A DNA stretch of 63,333 bases, filler included, from Reclinomonas americana ATCC 50394 (taxonomy: Eukaryota), in the NCBI GenBank assembly GCA_048213135.1. It is 21 parts of 21 records of this genome, joined end to end, with 100 filler letters (N's around TTAATTAATTAA, not from the genome) between each part and the next. Parts side by side here need not be neighbours in the genome. Positions count along the whole stretch, not along the records: positions 37,716 to 40,889 come from AFZH01018548.1; positions 40,990 to 44,652 come from AFZH01018549.1; positions 44,753 to 46,554 come from AFZH01018550.1; positions 46,655 to 48,309 come from AFZH01018551.1; positions 48,410 to 50,642 come from AFZH01018552.1; positions 50,743 to 53,286 come from AFZH01018553.1; positions 53,387 to 57,860 come from AFZH01018554.1; 14 more parts are not named here. One strand, given 5' to 3'. Positions 38,310 to 56,778 of the stretch are shown piece after piece; the stretch's first letter is position 1; each line of letters opens with the position of its first letter. Position numbers and translations under genes: made by a program. The notes beneath the pieces are model-generated. The model did no database searches and was not told where the DNA came from. It was given only the letters and a program-made list of their open reading frames with translations.

Positions 38310-40305
38310 AATGCTCTCCGGTGAAGAAGTGAGGCGACTGGTGCCGGCGGTGCAGACGCTGTTGAGCTGTATAGATCCGCTAAGTAAGCTGGCTGTGGGT
38401 GAGTGAAGGCGATGAGAAGAGGGGAAGAGTGGGAAAGAGAGAGAGGGAGAGAGGGAGAGAGTGAGAGAGAGGGAGGGGAGGAAGGGCGAGAGGGATGCGT
38501 AGGTGGAGAGTGAGAGGAAAGGAATGGGGAGAGGGGAAGTGTGCGAAAGAGTGGGAAGAATGATTGATCACTGATTGAGCAACGGATCTCACGAGAGAGG
38601 AGGGGTTGAACAGAGCGAGGAAGGAGGAGCGAAAGACAGTGCGTGACAAGCTCGCTCACCCTCTCTCTCTCTCTCTGTTGCTGTATCTGTGATCTTTTGT
38701 TCTTGCTTCTTTCATACTCTCTTTCGCTCTCAATCTCTCTTCTCATCCTTCCGTGAGTGAGAAGAGTGAGACACTGAGAGAACGCACCACTGAATGATCT
38801 TTCGCTCTTTGTTTGTAGATCCTGCGGCGACTGCGGACAACTTGCGAGCGAGGATTGAGAGTGTGGAGGCGCAAGGTTTGTTACTTGGGAAGATGATCCG
38901 GGGCGATGATTGTGGCGACGCTCAGAGAGAACATAATCGTTGAGAACGGAGAGGCATAAGGGACAGGTCCTGATTGTGCTGGAGCTCGTCTTTGATGGAG
39001 ACAGCAGGCGTTGCTGAACGGGGAAGAGTCTCTGATTTGAGATGCAAATTGTCTTTGTTGACGAAAGAGCAAACGTTGCTCCTCGTTGTTGGGAAGAGTC
39101 TCTGAATGAGATGCAACTTGTCTTCATCGACGGCCACAACAGCCGCTGCACTTCTGAGAGAACGGAGAGGTTGAGCAGAGAAAGGCTTCTGAATGAGATA
39201 GAGCTTGATTTCATCGATGGAGACATCAGCTGTTGCAAGTCGTCGAGAGAACTGAGTCTGTGTAGGAGATTGAGCTTGTTTTCATGAGAGAGGCAGCTGC
39301 CATTGCACATTGTTTAGAAAGCAGAGAAGCCGAGCAGAGAAAGGCTTTTGATGAGATAGAGCTTGATTTCATCGACGGAAACAACAGCCGTTGCCCATCC
39401 GGAGAGGCTGAGCAGCGAAGGATATTCTGTTTGTTTTCATCGATGGAGATGCGCGTCGTAAAGAGCAGAGAGGCTGGGCAGAGAAGAGGGGTTTCTGGTT
39501 GAGATGGAGCGATAGTGAAAGCAGCCGTTGCGCATCGCTGAGAGAACAGAGAAGCTGAGCAGATGCTGCTTGTTCGTCAACGATGAGAGAGTAACCGCTG
39601 CGTATCGTGGAGAGAACGGAGAGGCCGAGTAGTGAAGTGGATGCTGCATGTCTTATTCGACGGAGACAGCAATCGCTACACATCGTCGTCTGAGCAGAGA
39701 AGCTGAGCAGATGCTGCTTGTTCGTCAACGACGAGAGCGCAGTCGTTTCTCGTCGCTGAGAGAACACGGAGGCAGAGCAGCGAAGGAGGTGCACCTTGTC
39801 TTTATCGACGGAGACTCGGTGGAGAACAGAGAAGTGTCTGATTGAGATGGACTCGGTGAGAAAGCGTAGAGGCTGAGCAGAGAAGAGTCTCTGATTCGAG
39901 GTGGCTGTCACATGCCGTTGAGAGAACGGAGAGATGTTGCAGAGAAGGGTCTCTGTTGGTCTCCCTCACTTTTCCCTTCTCTCCCTTCCCCCTCCCTCGC
40001 TCCCTCCCCCTGCAGCCGCCCTCCGCGCCATGCAAGCCCGCATCCTCGAAGTCCAAATCAAACAAGTCGAACTCCTCATGCTGCTCAAGCAAGCGCAACA
40101 AGTGGTCACGCTGCGACAAAAGGAGACCACACTCTCCGACAAGAAGCAGATGCTGGAGAACAAGATCAGCGAGCTGCAGAGCCGCATCGAGGAACTCGAA
40201 GGCCGTGCTGCGGAGGCAGCGGCCGATGGGGAAGAGGAAGGCGAAGGAGGTGAAGGAGGAGAAGGAGAAGGAGGCGCAGGTCCATCAGGACCACCGCAAG
40301 ACTGA
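38310..40305 (+). CDS. Small hypothetical coiled-coil protein (3 exons)
   Basis: MLSGEEVRRLVPAVQ...IDPL|NPAATADNLRARIESVEAQ|AALRAMQARILEVQ...LENKISELQSRIEELEG...; intron phases consistent. Confidence 0.5.
38930..39955. repeat. Degenerate intronic tandem repeat
   Basis: Recurrent gagaacggagaggctgagcagagaag / ttcatcgacggaga motifs. Confidence 0.6.
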
Positions 40306-40989
40306 AGTGTACAGCTGTATCAAATACAGAGGTTTGGTTTTTCTCCAGATGGCCGTTCGTGTCAGTCCCCGTCTGCGCCTCTCAGCCTCACTTCACGACG
40401 TCGACCAAATGCATTTGCAAATGGTCGAGCTGTCTGCTCCATCTCTTTTCCTCGCGGATCTTACTCCCACACTTGCTGCTCTCCCAAGCCCCTCATGCAC
40501 CTCGGACGTATGGAAGGAGCAGGCCGGTCAGGACCGCCACAGGACTCCGTCTGTCACGTCATATCAATCACATGTGGTTGAGCGCGTGGGCACGTTTCTT
40601 CGCCCGCCACTTGCACGTGCGCTACTTCTTCCTCGCCGAACCCATTGCCGCACTGGCCGCACTAGTCGCCCTCTCCAGCACCTGTGCGTCTGCCACTCAG
40701 ACTCGAAAGAGACAACACACTGTTTCCCACCTCTTTTCCCTCTTCTCTTTCCCCTCTCCTTCCCCTTCTCCTTCCGCTGCCAGTTCCTTTTCTCCTTCCC
40801 TCTCATCCCGTTCTCTCCCCTCTTCTCTTCCCCCATCTCTTCTCCCTCTTTTCTCCCTCTCTTCTCCCTTCGTCTTCCCCTTCGGTCTTNNNNNNNNNNN
40901 NNNNNNNNNNNNNNNNNNNNNNNNNNNNNNNNNTTAATTAATTAANNNNNNNNNNNNNNNNNNNNNNNNNNNNNNNNNNNNNNNNNNNN

Positions 40990-41315
40990 CACTGCTGCAG
41001 GCGCGCGTGTGGACTGCACGAGGGAAACGCGAGCCTCGCGCACTCTACGAGTTGCTCACCAAGCACGTGCGCGGGCATGTGCGTCTGCATGTGGAGAACG
41101 AGGGGAGGCAGGGAGTGCAAAGGGTGACGGTGGAGGCGCGTAGTCATCGCAATGGACAGGTGTTGACGCGCGTGGAGAGGTTACTGGTGCGAAATTCGTT
41201 GACTGATGCTGCTGCTGCTGCTGTGCGCGGTGGGGAGACAAGTGTGGAGGATGTGGATGAGTGGTTGGAGAATGTGCAGCGCGCGAGGCAGTTGTCGGTG
41301 GAGCATGTGTCATGA
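40990..41315 (+). CDS. 3' exon of a hypothetical protein
   Basis: Open, coding-like frame ending ...VEDVDEWLENVQRARQLSVEHVS*; 5' part unclear. Confidence 0.35.
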
Positions 41316-42180
41316 AGGCATGGGGATGAAGGGAGACGGGAGAGAGGGAAGGGAGGGGTGACTTGACTCATAATGCAAATAGTTGTGTTGCTGCGTGTTG
41401 CATGGCGCCCAAGCTGTCCCCTGCCTCTGTCTCTATATCTGACACGCGTGGAAGAGCTGTCTGCGGATCATGTTTCATGAAAGGGGGGCGAGATGAAGGG
41501 ATATGGAGACGGGAAGCAGATTTCAATTCTGATACGACTTTGTTTCGTTCTTGCCCTTGCTCTTGGTGCGTGTCGCATGGCGGCCTGTCCTTGTGTACTT
41601 TTTGTCTCTCACGGGCGAGGAGCTGTTCTGTGGAGCATGTTTCACGGAGGGAAAGGAGACAGAGGGGAGAGAGAGAGAGAGATTGCACTCATTTGCGGTA
41701 TCTCTTGTTTCGTTGTTGCATTTGCTCTTGGTGCGTGTTGAATTGCTCCCAAGCCATCTCCTGACTTCTCTCTTACACGGGTGGAAGACCTGTCTGCGAA
41801 CCACGTTTCATGAAGGGGGGGAGAGATGAAGGGATATGGAGACGGGAATGGGATTTCACTCCTGATACGACTGTGTTTCGTTGTTGCCCTTGCTTGGCTC
41901 CCAAACTTTGTCTCTCTCTCTCTCACACATACACACCAAGAAGCTGAGACTCTGATAACTTCTCTCCATTTCTTCCTTGCTTAATCTAGTCAGCTTGCAT
42001 CCGTGAGTCTCCTGCCATTCTAATTCGCTTTCGTACCCGCAGCTCTGTGTCCACCCTCCCCTTCCATCCCAACATCCCTTTCCCTTTTCGCGTCAACAAA
42101 GTTAGTTTCCTTTAATCAGTAACTTCTCCCTCCACCCTCCCTTCCCCCTCTCACCCTCAGCCTTTCCCTTTTCTTCCCCC

Positions 42181-44420
42181 TCACGCAAACGACCCGGTAT
42201 GCACAAACTTCTCCAACAGCTCGTCCTTGGCGACGAAACGCTGTCGCAGCCACCCCGCCACACGCTCCTCGTCCTTGTCCGCTTCGGGGACCTCGGCAAT
42301 CGGAATGCGCTTCATGTGCAGGTGACATTCGTAGTCGCGCCCGCCGCACGCAATCTGCCACAAGTCGGGCACCACCGACGGGTAGCCAATCGTGCAGTCG
42401 TAGATGGCGTCGATGCGATCACCGTAGCCCTGCAACGTGGCCAAAAAGCCGCGGTGGCGCGGGTACACCACGTGTTTCAACTCCGGCAGCGACGCCGACT
42501 CCGCAAACTTGTTCGAGGCCTCCACCGAGCGCTTCGAGTACCGCGTGCCCTCCACGAACGAGTAGAGCCACACCGGGAGGCGCAGACTGCGCATTAAACA
42601 AAGGGAGAGGAGGGAGGTGAGGGGCGATATTGGACAGTTCAGTTGCTGAGTGCGTAACTTGCGCAAGTGGTCAAACGACGACTTCAGGCGCTTCTGGTCC
42701 TTGACCCAGTCGCGCTTGAGGAAGATGAAGCCAATGAGCCACGTGCCGAGGCCGATGCCAGGGACGTACTTGAGCATCTGGGGGAGGGTGGAGGCGGTGA
42801 GTGGGGAGGGAGTTGCGAGGAATACGAAAAGGAGGGAGAAGGGTCGGGCGCGCGCAACATTCTTCATGAAGAACTTGGAGTAGGAGAGGGCGCCGTACTC
42901 TTGCGTCAACTCAAAGATGATCATCCAGTCGGTGTAGGAGCGGTGGTTGCTGATGATCAGGGCGGCTGCAGGACGGGGGAAGATTAGGAGGAGGAGGAGG
43001 AGGAGGAAGGGGGAAGGGGACGGGGAGAGGGAAGGGGAAGGAGGAAGGGGAAGAGAGAAGGGGAAGAAAGAAGGCGAGGAGAGAAGGGGAAGACAAAGGG
43101 GGAAGAGGGAAAGGGAAGGGGATTGGGGAAGGGGATTGGGGAAGGGGGAAGGGGAACAGAGAAGGGAAAGAGGGAAGGGAAGAGAGAAGGGGAAGAGGGA
43201 AGGGGAAGAGGGACAAGGAAGAGGGAGGGGGAAGAGGGAAGGGGATTGGGGAAGAGGAAGGGGGAAGAGGAAGGGGAAGGAAGAAGGGGATTTGGGGAAG
43301 AGGGAAGGGAGGAGAACAGAAAGGGGAAAACGGGATATGAAGGTTGATGATGAGGCTGAAGATGGACAAAGGAAAGAAGAAAGGTGTAAGAAAGAGAGGA
43401 CGGATGCGAGCAAGAGACAACAAACACGAAAAGAAAGATCGACACAAGCAAACGCAACTCTCAATCTCTCCATTGGCCTTTCGCTTCGGCTTGTCGCCCG
43501 TCACCGTGACCTTGACACGACCGAGCCATCGCGCGTACGTGAGCGCCATCCACCAAATGATCGCCGCCATGTAACAGCTGAATCGGTGCACTGTGTGTCG
43601 AAGATGAGCGTGTGCACGACTTGCGCGAATGAGCGAGGCAGCAGGAGACCAACCTTGTCGCGGGAAACACCAGTAGAACATGAGACTGAGCAGTTGCAAA
43701 AAGTTTCCTGTGGGGAAAAAGGGGAAGAAGAGGTGGTCAGCAAAAGGGAACAGTGAGGGAGAGGGGATGATAGGGAAAGGCGCGAGGGGAATACCACAAG
43801 AGAAGTGTGGGAGAGAGAGATGAAGCGTGAAGTGCAAGAACAAAAGGCGAGAGCGACAGACTGAGGAATGAAGAAAGAGAGGAACGGGAGAGACACGCAG
43901 AAAGGGAGGAGTAAGGAGGGGAGCAAGGGAGAAGATTGACAATGTGAAAGAGAGGCAGAAAAGGAAAGAGAAGAGAGACAGAGGCGCTGCGCGTGAGAGA
44001 CAGAGACCAGAACAAGAGACGGAAGAGAAGAAAGAGTAAAAAATGAGGGACGCGTGTGAGAAGCAAACGACTGAGAGAGTGAGAGAGAGTGAGAGAACAG
44101 AGAGCAGGGAAATGAAAAGCAAGTGAATGATGGGAGGCATGCGAGAAGAATGACAGAGCACGAAAAGGATGAAAGAGGGAGGGAGGGAGAGAGAGAGTCA
44201 AAGTTGGGAGGAAACGACAACAATAAGGGAAGAGAAACAGAGAAAGAAATTGAAGGAAGAGCGACAACAGCGAGAAGCAAACGAGCGTGAAAGACAGAGA
44301 GAGTGTGTGTGAGAGAGTGTGTGTGCGTGTACGCGTGTGAGGAGTGAGTGTGAGAGTGCCAAAGTCGAGAGGAATCTCCGCCAAGTCCGCCTCTGGCTGA
44401 TCGCATATTCCCCACACGAT
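42181..44420 (-). CDS. 1-acylglycerol-3-phosphate / lysocardiolipin acyltransferase (AGPAT3/4-LCLAT1-like), 5' end uncertain
   Basis: SNHRSYTDW (NHxxxxD), FIFLKRDW, FVEGTR, VYPRHRGF, DAIYDCTIGY, WLRQRFVAKDELLE. Confidence 0.9.
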
Positions 44421-44752
44421 CACACACACAAACACACACAAACACACACACAAACACAAGCACACAAAGAGAGAGAACAAGAGAACACGAGAAAGAAAAA
44501 CACACGTGTCACACACACAAGAGAGAGCGCGCGGGAATTGGACGTTAAGAATGCATCAGTGACACACACACGCGCAGAGAGAGAGAGAGAGGGAGAGAGA
44601 GAGAGGAGGGAGGAGAGAGAGAGAGAGGAGGAGAGGAGGAGAGAGAGAGAGANNNNNNNNNNNNNNNNNNNNNNNNNNNNNNNNNNNNNNNNNNNNTTAA
44701 TTAATTAANNNNNNNNNNNNNNNNNNNNNNNNNNNNNNNNNNNNNNNNNNNN

Positions 44753-45985
44753 TTGCTCTTTCTGTTGTTGTTGTTGTTCGCGTTGCTTTCGTGCTTGTTG
44801 CTGCTTGGCGAGAGAGACGGGGGAGACTGCATCGTCGCGTTGAGGTTTCATCATCTTGCTCTCTCTCTCTTCTTCTGCAATGAATGAATGAACTCCGTGG
44901 ACCGACGCCGGCTTGTGAGTTGCAACTCCGCTTGTCCGGATTCTTCTCGTTTTTGCAGCAGCTGCTTGCTTGTTTTTGCGACGTGTCATGATGATGCCAA
45001 TGGTTAAACTCCGTTGCCCTGCTATGCACGAGGCTGGCTGCACACGAGTTGGCGAAGATCATAGAGTTTTGATTGCAATCAATTCCGCATTCGGCAGTGT
45101 CGCGATGTCGATATCGCGATCGACTTGTAAGAACGTCATACGCATGCTTCGGCGTGCTAGTTCTTCAACTGCAAGCACTTTTGAATTGGCGATCCGTACA
45201 TACTGCTGCATTTACATATGATGCATTTACATGCAGCTTTGAATTCACGAGCGTCACCTGCTTGGTCTGCGCGCGGTGCTGCTCTCGCGCAAGCACCGGT
45301 GCCTCAAAGCTCACTCGCCTCTGCTGCTGCAAAGCAGAGGAAGCAGAGGAAGAAGATGACTGTTCTTCTTGTTGTTGTTGCTCTTTCTGTTGTTGTTGTT
45401 GTTCGCGTTGCTTTCGTGCTTGTTGCTGCTTGGCAAGGGAGACAGGGGAGACTGCATCGTCGCGTTGAGGTTTCATCATCTTGCTCTCTCTCTTCTTCTG
45501 CAGTGTTGAATGAATGAACTCCGTGGACCGACGCCGGCTTGTGAGTTGCAACTCCGCTTGTCCGGATTCTTCTCGTTTTTGCAGCAGCTGCTTGCTTGTT
45601 TTTGCGACGTGTCATGATGATGCCAATGGTTAAACTCCGTCGCCCTGCTATGCACGAGGCTGGCTGCAGTGCGGGCGAGGAGTTTGCGATTTGTGATTGC
45701 AATCAGTTCCGCATTCGGCAGTGTCGCGATGTCGATATCGCGATCGACTTGTAAGAACGTCATACGCATGCTTCGTCGTGTTAGTTCTCCGGTGTGGCGT
45801 CGTAACTGCAAACACTTTTGAATTGGCGAACCGTACATACTGCTGCATTTTCATGCAGCCTTGGATTCACGAGCGTCTCCTGCTTGGTCTGTGCGCGGTG
45901 CCGCTCTCGCGCAAGCACCGGTGCCTCAAAGCTCACTCGCCTCTGCTGCTGCAAAGAAGAGGCAGAAGAAGAAGAGGATTGTTCT
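44753..45985. repeat. Tandem duplication, ~625-bp unit, about 2 copies visible
   Basis: ttgctctttctgttgttgttgttgttcgcgttgc... at 44753 and ~45378, with near-identical downstream sequence. Confidence 0.85.
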
Positions 45986-46087
45986 TACACAAGGCTCAAT
46001 GCATCGCAATCTCCATCAACTCCGCTGCGTGCACACGTCACCATTGTTCACTCACACTTCGTGACCGCTCCCACGCTACACCCCATT

Positions 46088-50895
<4,808 letters not shown>

Positions 50896-51315
50896 TGGCG
50901 TGTCAGAGAAAGGGAGGATGTTGTCAGTGACGTCACTGTGGCTATTTTGAGCATAAATCAGACGTCGACGTTGGCTGTGCGGTGGTTGCTTGTGCTGTGG
51001 GGAAGCTGTACGTTGGTCGCTATAATGCTATGAAATGCTCGATATTGCTTGGGCGTTAGCAATGGTCACGACGTTGCTCAGAGAAGACGACTGGTCGGCA
51101 CATCAAAAGGCCCGCCAGCGAAGCCGTGACTTTGAAGACATCGACATCCTTTGAGGTAGACAACTGCCCACTGATTGCCGTTCCTATTTGCAACCGCGGT
51201 AGCAGTCGCAAACGTGTTGTTTGTTTCGGTCGCTGGCCAAGTCGAGGGAAACGGATGTCTCCCGTCGCACTCTCTTTCTCGTCGCATTGTACGTACAGTA
51301 CACTACTAGTATACA

Positions 51316-53286
51316 TCAGCTTCTTCCCTCTCGCGGCGGAGCCACATACGTGTGGAACCCGTATCCCTCCCCCGCATCCACACCCTCCACTCGCACGCGA
51401 CACACCGGACACTCGCCGCCCTTGCTCGCCAGCCGCTCCGCGCACTCCCGACACAGAACCTGGTGCATGCACGGACGCAGTCGCGTCTCGCGCAGTCCGT
51501 CGCACACCATGCACGCCCGTCGGCACGACAGCACCGTCAGGTCGCTCAACTCGCTCGCCAGCTGCTGCGCTGTTGGACGGCGTGCTGGGCGACCGTCCAG
51601 GCACCTGCAGATTGATCAGTCAGCGTGTCTCCTCGCAACTCTCTCTTGGAAACACACAAGGTACCTCAGTGCCAATCGCACAATCCTCTCACACACTGGC
51701 GCCGGCCACGGTCGACCGACGCCTGCATCCGCCAGCTCCACAGCGGCTTTGAGTAGCTCTTCGCCATCGACGCCATCCTCTATCTCCTCCAGTGCCTCCA
51801 CTCGCCGATGCACCTCTTCAATCGGCAGACCACTGAACACTTGCAGGAGGACGAGACCGAGCGAGAACACATCCGAACTCAGTCGCAGCTGGCCGTGCAT
51901 GGCCTTGGGGTCGGCGTACTTTGGGTCGCCAGCAAAATGCACAGACAAGTGCGTCTGTGGCACGACGAAGGAAAAGGAGAGAGAAGAGATGAGGGAAGAC
52001 GAAGGGAGACTGTGACATGCAATGAGTGGTGAGACACTCACCCCCTCGGTGCGGAACCAGTGTGCCACTCCCAAGTCCGAGATGTAGGCCATTCCACTGT
52101 GGTTGAACAGAATGTTGGCTGGCTTCAGGTCGCGATGGATCACTGAGAGAGAGAGGGAGAGAGAAAGTGAGTGGAAGAAAATGAGCAGAGGACGGAGAAC
52201 AGACACACGTACCATTCTGCGAATGTCGAAAAGCGCACAGAAAGGCACGAGTTAGTTAACAAGGAGATATATGAAGCAAACGCACACAGACAACACGCAT
52301 GACATCTCTCACTCACATGCCTGCATCATCAACGACGTGAGTCCGAAAACATGGAGAACAAAGCAACAGACAACCAGGCATGTGACACGCAACTTATGCA
52401 GCGAAGCAACAGCCTCGGCACATCGCAGCATGCACGTCATGCGTGCCTCAATCGACATGGCCGGCAATCCGCGCTCCGCCCACTGCAGCAGTCTGTGCTC
52501 CAGGTTGTGCTTGCTGTAAATCGTAAAAAGATTGAGGGCACAATGACGTCTTCTCCTTGAGGAACGGCGAAGAGGCGTGGTGGTGGTGATCGATCATGAC
52601 AGACGGAAAGGCGGGAAACTGCATCTCTCTCTCTCTCTCACACTCCCAGCCGGACTTTCTCATCCTGACTTGCTCCGCTCTCAACAATCGCGAAGTGCCA
52701 CCTGAAGTGCCACCTCTGCCTGTCCACTGTCCCCTTCCCCTCACACTCACCTCATCGCCTCCAGCACCACACATCGCTTGCCGTCGTCCGACTCCGCAAA
52801 CCCAATCAACGGCACCACACCGGCCACACTCACCGCCTTGAGCTTCTCCAACTGCGATGCAGGCAGAAAGAGAGTGAGACGCACACATTTTCTCCTCCTC
52901 TCATCCTTTCCCCATCCACCATCCGCACCTCATTGGAGAACGACTCGATGCCCCACGGCAGCGCACAGTCAAACACCTTGATTGCCACACTCTGCCCGGC
53001 CCACTGCCCACAAAACACCTTGCCCTGTCCGCCGTCACCGCCGCCCAGTCGCTCCGCAAAGTTATTGCTCATCGACACCACTTGTTCCCACGAGAATGCC
53101 ATCAACGGTGCTGCAATAATAGACAAGCAGAGTGAGTCTCCTCTCACCATCGATCATCCCCTATCCCTCTTGCCTCTGCCTCACGCACCTCGGTGGGTGA
53201 GATCCCGCTGTACGGCGGCCAAATCAGCCTCGAGTCGCAAGGCTCGGTCATGTTCGCGCTGCCGCTGTTCGTCCACGCGATCCAGT
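51316..53286 (-). CDS. Coiled coil - Pelle/RLK-type kinase - C3HC4 RING, copy 1 (5' end in gap)
   Basis: FSWEQVVSMSNNF...GGQGKVF...VAIK, HRDLKPANIL, SDLG, YADP, SDVFSLGLVLLQ, RRPTAQQL, then CMVC...PCMHQVLCRECA...CPVCR. Confidence 0.85.
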
Positions 53287-53695
53287 NNNNNNNNNNNNNN
53301 NNNNNNNNNNNNNNNNNNNNNNNNNNNNNNTTAATTAATTAANNNNNNNNNNNNNNNNNNNNNNNNNNNNNNNNNNNNNNNNNNNNGAGCTGCGGCGATC
53401 CTCTCTCTATTGAGACGCGTTGTGTGCGGGACGTCGGCAAAATTGACTTGGACACATCATCGCAAGCGCCCTTCTGACCTCGTAGTCGAGCAACAGCGGA
53501 GTGCATGCTGTAAGGATCACCGATTCGACGAAATTCGCAGCGCAACAGAGGCGCACAAGAAGGTCGAATATTGAGAGCAATAATTGTCAATCGACGTCGC
53601 CTGCGGATCATGCGTGGTCTGCTGGCGTCTGCCCCACACTCTCTTCCGCGTCTACTCCGCATCGTACAATACAATAAAATACAACAAGTCATTCT

Positions 53696-55242
53696 TCACC
53701 GCCGCGGCGCCGGGAGACCCACATACGTGTGGAATCCATATCCCTCCCCCGCATCCACACCCTCCACTCGCACGCGACACACCGGACACTCGCCGCCCTT
53801 GCTCGCCAACCGATCCGCGCACTCCCGACACAACACTTGATGCATGCATGGACGCAGTCGCGTCTCGCGCAGTCCGTCGCACACCATGCACGCCCGTCGG
53901 CACGACAACACCGTCAGGTCACTCAGCTCGCTCGCCAGCTGTTGCGCCGTCGGACGGCGTGCTGGACGACCATCCAGGCATCTGCAGATTGGTCAGTCAG
54001 CGTGCCTCCTCGCGGCTCTCTTGGAAACACACAAGGTACCTCAGTGCCAATCGCACAATCCTCTCACACACAGGAGCCGGCCACGGTCGACCGACACCAC
54101 CATCCGCCAGATCCACCGCGGCGTCGAGCAGTGCTTCGCCATCGACGCCATCAATGTCGTCCATCTCCTCCAGTGCCTCCACTCGCCGATGCACCTCTTC
54201 AATCGGCAGACCGCTGAACACTTGCAGGAGGACGAGACCGAGCGAGAACACATCCGAACTCAGTCGCAGCTGGCCATGCATGGCCTTGGGGTCGGCGTAC
54301 TTTGGGTCGCCAGCAAAGTGAACAGACAAGTGCGTCTGTGGCACGAAAAAGGAGAGGGAACGGAGGATTGAGGAAAGGGGAAGGGAATGACAGGGCAGGA
54401 AAGTGCCACTCACCCCCTCGGTGCGGAACCAGTGCGCCACTCCCAGGTCCGAGATGTATGCCATTCCACTGTGGTTGAACAGAATGTTGGCAGGCTTCAG
54501 GTCGCGATGGATAACTGAGGAGTGAGAGAAAGCGAGTGGAAGAAAATGGGCAAAGGACGGAGAACAGACACACGTACCATTCTGCGAATGTCGAAAAGCG
54601 CACAGAAAGGCACGAGTTAGTCAACAAGGAGAAATATGAAGCAAACGCATACCACACGCATGATCTCTCTCACTCACATGCCTGCATCATCAGCAACGTG
54701 AGTCCAAAGACATGGAGAACAAAGCAACAGACAACGAGGCATGTGACACGCAACTTGTGCAGCGAAGCAACGGCCTCGGCACATCGCAGCATGCACGTCA
54801 TGCGTGCCTCAATCGACATGGCCGGCAGTCCGCGCTCCGCCCACTGCAGCAGTCGATGCTCCAAGTTGTGTTCACTGCGAATCATGAGAGAATGAGCAAA
54901 CACGAATAGATGATCAAAAGAAAGACCAAGTGGTGGTAATCGAGAATGAGAGAGAGAGAGAGAGAGAGGCAGAGGAAGTCACATCCAGAATAAACGAGCT
55001 CCTCTCTCTCTCCCTCTGTCTTGCCTCAATCAATCTCTCAGTGCCACGCATTGAAATCTCTCTATTTCATTCTTTCATTCTTTCTCTTTCTCTCTCCCTC
55101 CTCTCTCATTCAGTCTCTCAACTCTTTCTTTTTCTCTCCCTTCCTCTATCTCTCTCCTTTTCATTCTCTCTGTTTCTCTCTCTATGCCTCACACATCCAC
55201 CAGTTCACTGCAAACTCTTTCGTTTGGTCTTTTATCTCGCCG

Positions 55243-55286
<44 letters not shown>

Positions 55287-56424
55287 TCTCTCTCTCTCAC
55301 ACACACACACTCACACACATACACACACACACTGTGACTCCCGCTCAATCCTCCACTCCCTTAACTCATTCGCTTATCCTCTACACTCACTCCAATCCTT
55401 GAAGTCAACGCTACCTCTCCGAACATTGCACATCAAAACATCACATGCAAGCTCTCCCTCTCTCTCTCTCTCTCACCAAAATCCTTCTCTTGTGAATCAC
55501 ACTCACCTCATTGCCTCCAGCACTACACATCGCTTGCCGTCGTCCGACTCCGCAAATCCAATCAGCGGCACAACACCAGCCACACTCACCGCCTTGAGCT
55601 TCTCCAACTGCGATGCAAGCAGACAGAGAGTTAGAAGAAAACAACCTCCTTCTCTTATCCTTCCCCCAATCAACCACCCTCACCTCATTGGAGAACGACT
55701 CGATGCACCACGGCAGCGCACTGACAAACACCTTGATGGCCACACTCTGTCCGGCCCACTGCCCGCAGAACACCTTGCCCTGTCCACCGTCGCCACCGAG
55801 TCGGTCCGCAAAGTTGCTGCTCATCGCCACCACTTGCTCCCACGAGAATGCTGTCAACGGCGCTGCATTCATCATCATCAAACAAAGTGAGCATCCTTCC
55901 TCCTTCCCCTCTTGCTGCCACACATACCTCGGTGGGTGAGATCACGCTGCACGACGGCCAAATCAGCCTCGAGTCGCTGTGGTCGGTCATGCTCCCGCTG
56001 CCGCTGCTCGTCCACACGATCCAGCGCCTCCTGCAGTGCGGTACGCGCGGCTTCTTGTTGCTGGAGCGAGGCGGCATGCTCAGCGATGGTCGCTTCCTGC
56101 TGCTGCGCACGCTGCTGCCACTCTCTCATCCTCGCTCGCTGCTCGTCCAGCTGTCGCTGCAGTTCCTGAATCTGTTGTTGTACCCGCTGCAAGGCTCCCT
56201 CCCTATCACGTTGCGCTGCCTCAACCTCCAATCGCAGCTGAGCAGCGGTCTGTTCGTGGTGCTGCACCTGAGCTTGCCATTCGCTTGCCCGCTGTCGCTG
56301 CTCCTCGAGTTCTTGCTGCAGCGCATCGGCCGCGGGCTGGGGCAGAGCTTGTCCATTGCCAGCCTGCTCGAGTGGAGTGCGGGAGGAGGCGTCGATGGGA
56401 GATGGAGACGCCCCAGACGCCTGC
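53696..56424 (-). CDS. Coiled coil - Pelle/RLK-type kinase - C3HC4 RING, copy 2 (start codon not identified)
   Basis: Q/E-rich coil exon 55929-56424, kinase exons near-identical to copy 1, intact HRDLKPAN and RING. Confidence 0.82.
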
Positions 56425-56489
56425 GGCGAGGCAAGACATATTAGCGACTGCGTCACATGAAACAACACTGTGAGATCAGCTCACTCCCC

Positions 56490-56630
56490 AGTTTCAGCTG
56501 CGCGGCGCGGTCGGACGGCGTGCTGGTCGACCATCCAGGCATCTGCAGGCTGGTCGCGTGTATCAGATCTAGACACAATCTCAGCGCAAGGCGTACAATC
56601 CTATCACACACAGGAGCCGGCCACGATGAG
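56490..56630 (-). pseudogene. Relic fragment of the kinase C-lobe
   Basis: WPAPVCDRIVRLALR...CLDGRPARRPTA followed by a frameshift and stop. Confidence 0.6.
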
Positions 56631-56778
56631 GGAGCGCAGCATGCGACAACATGAACAATTCTTACCACTTTTCTGCGTGACTGCATTCATTCCAACTCAC
56701 TACTTCGCATCAACTATACAAACAAACAAACAACCCACAAACAAGCGGAAATCGTACCCATTCCCCACGTCAACATCC

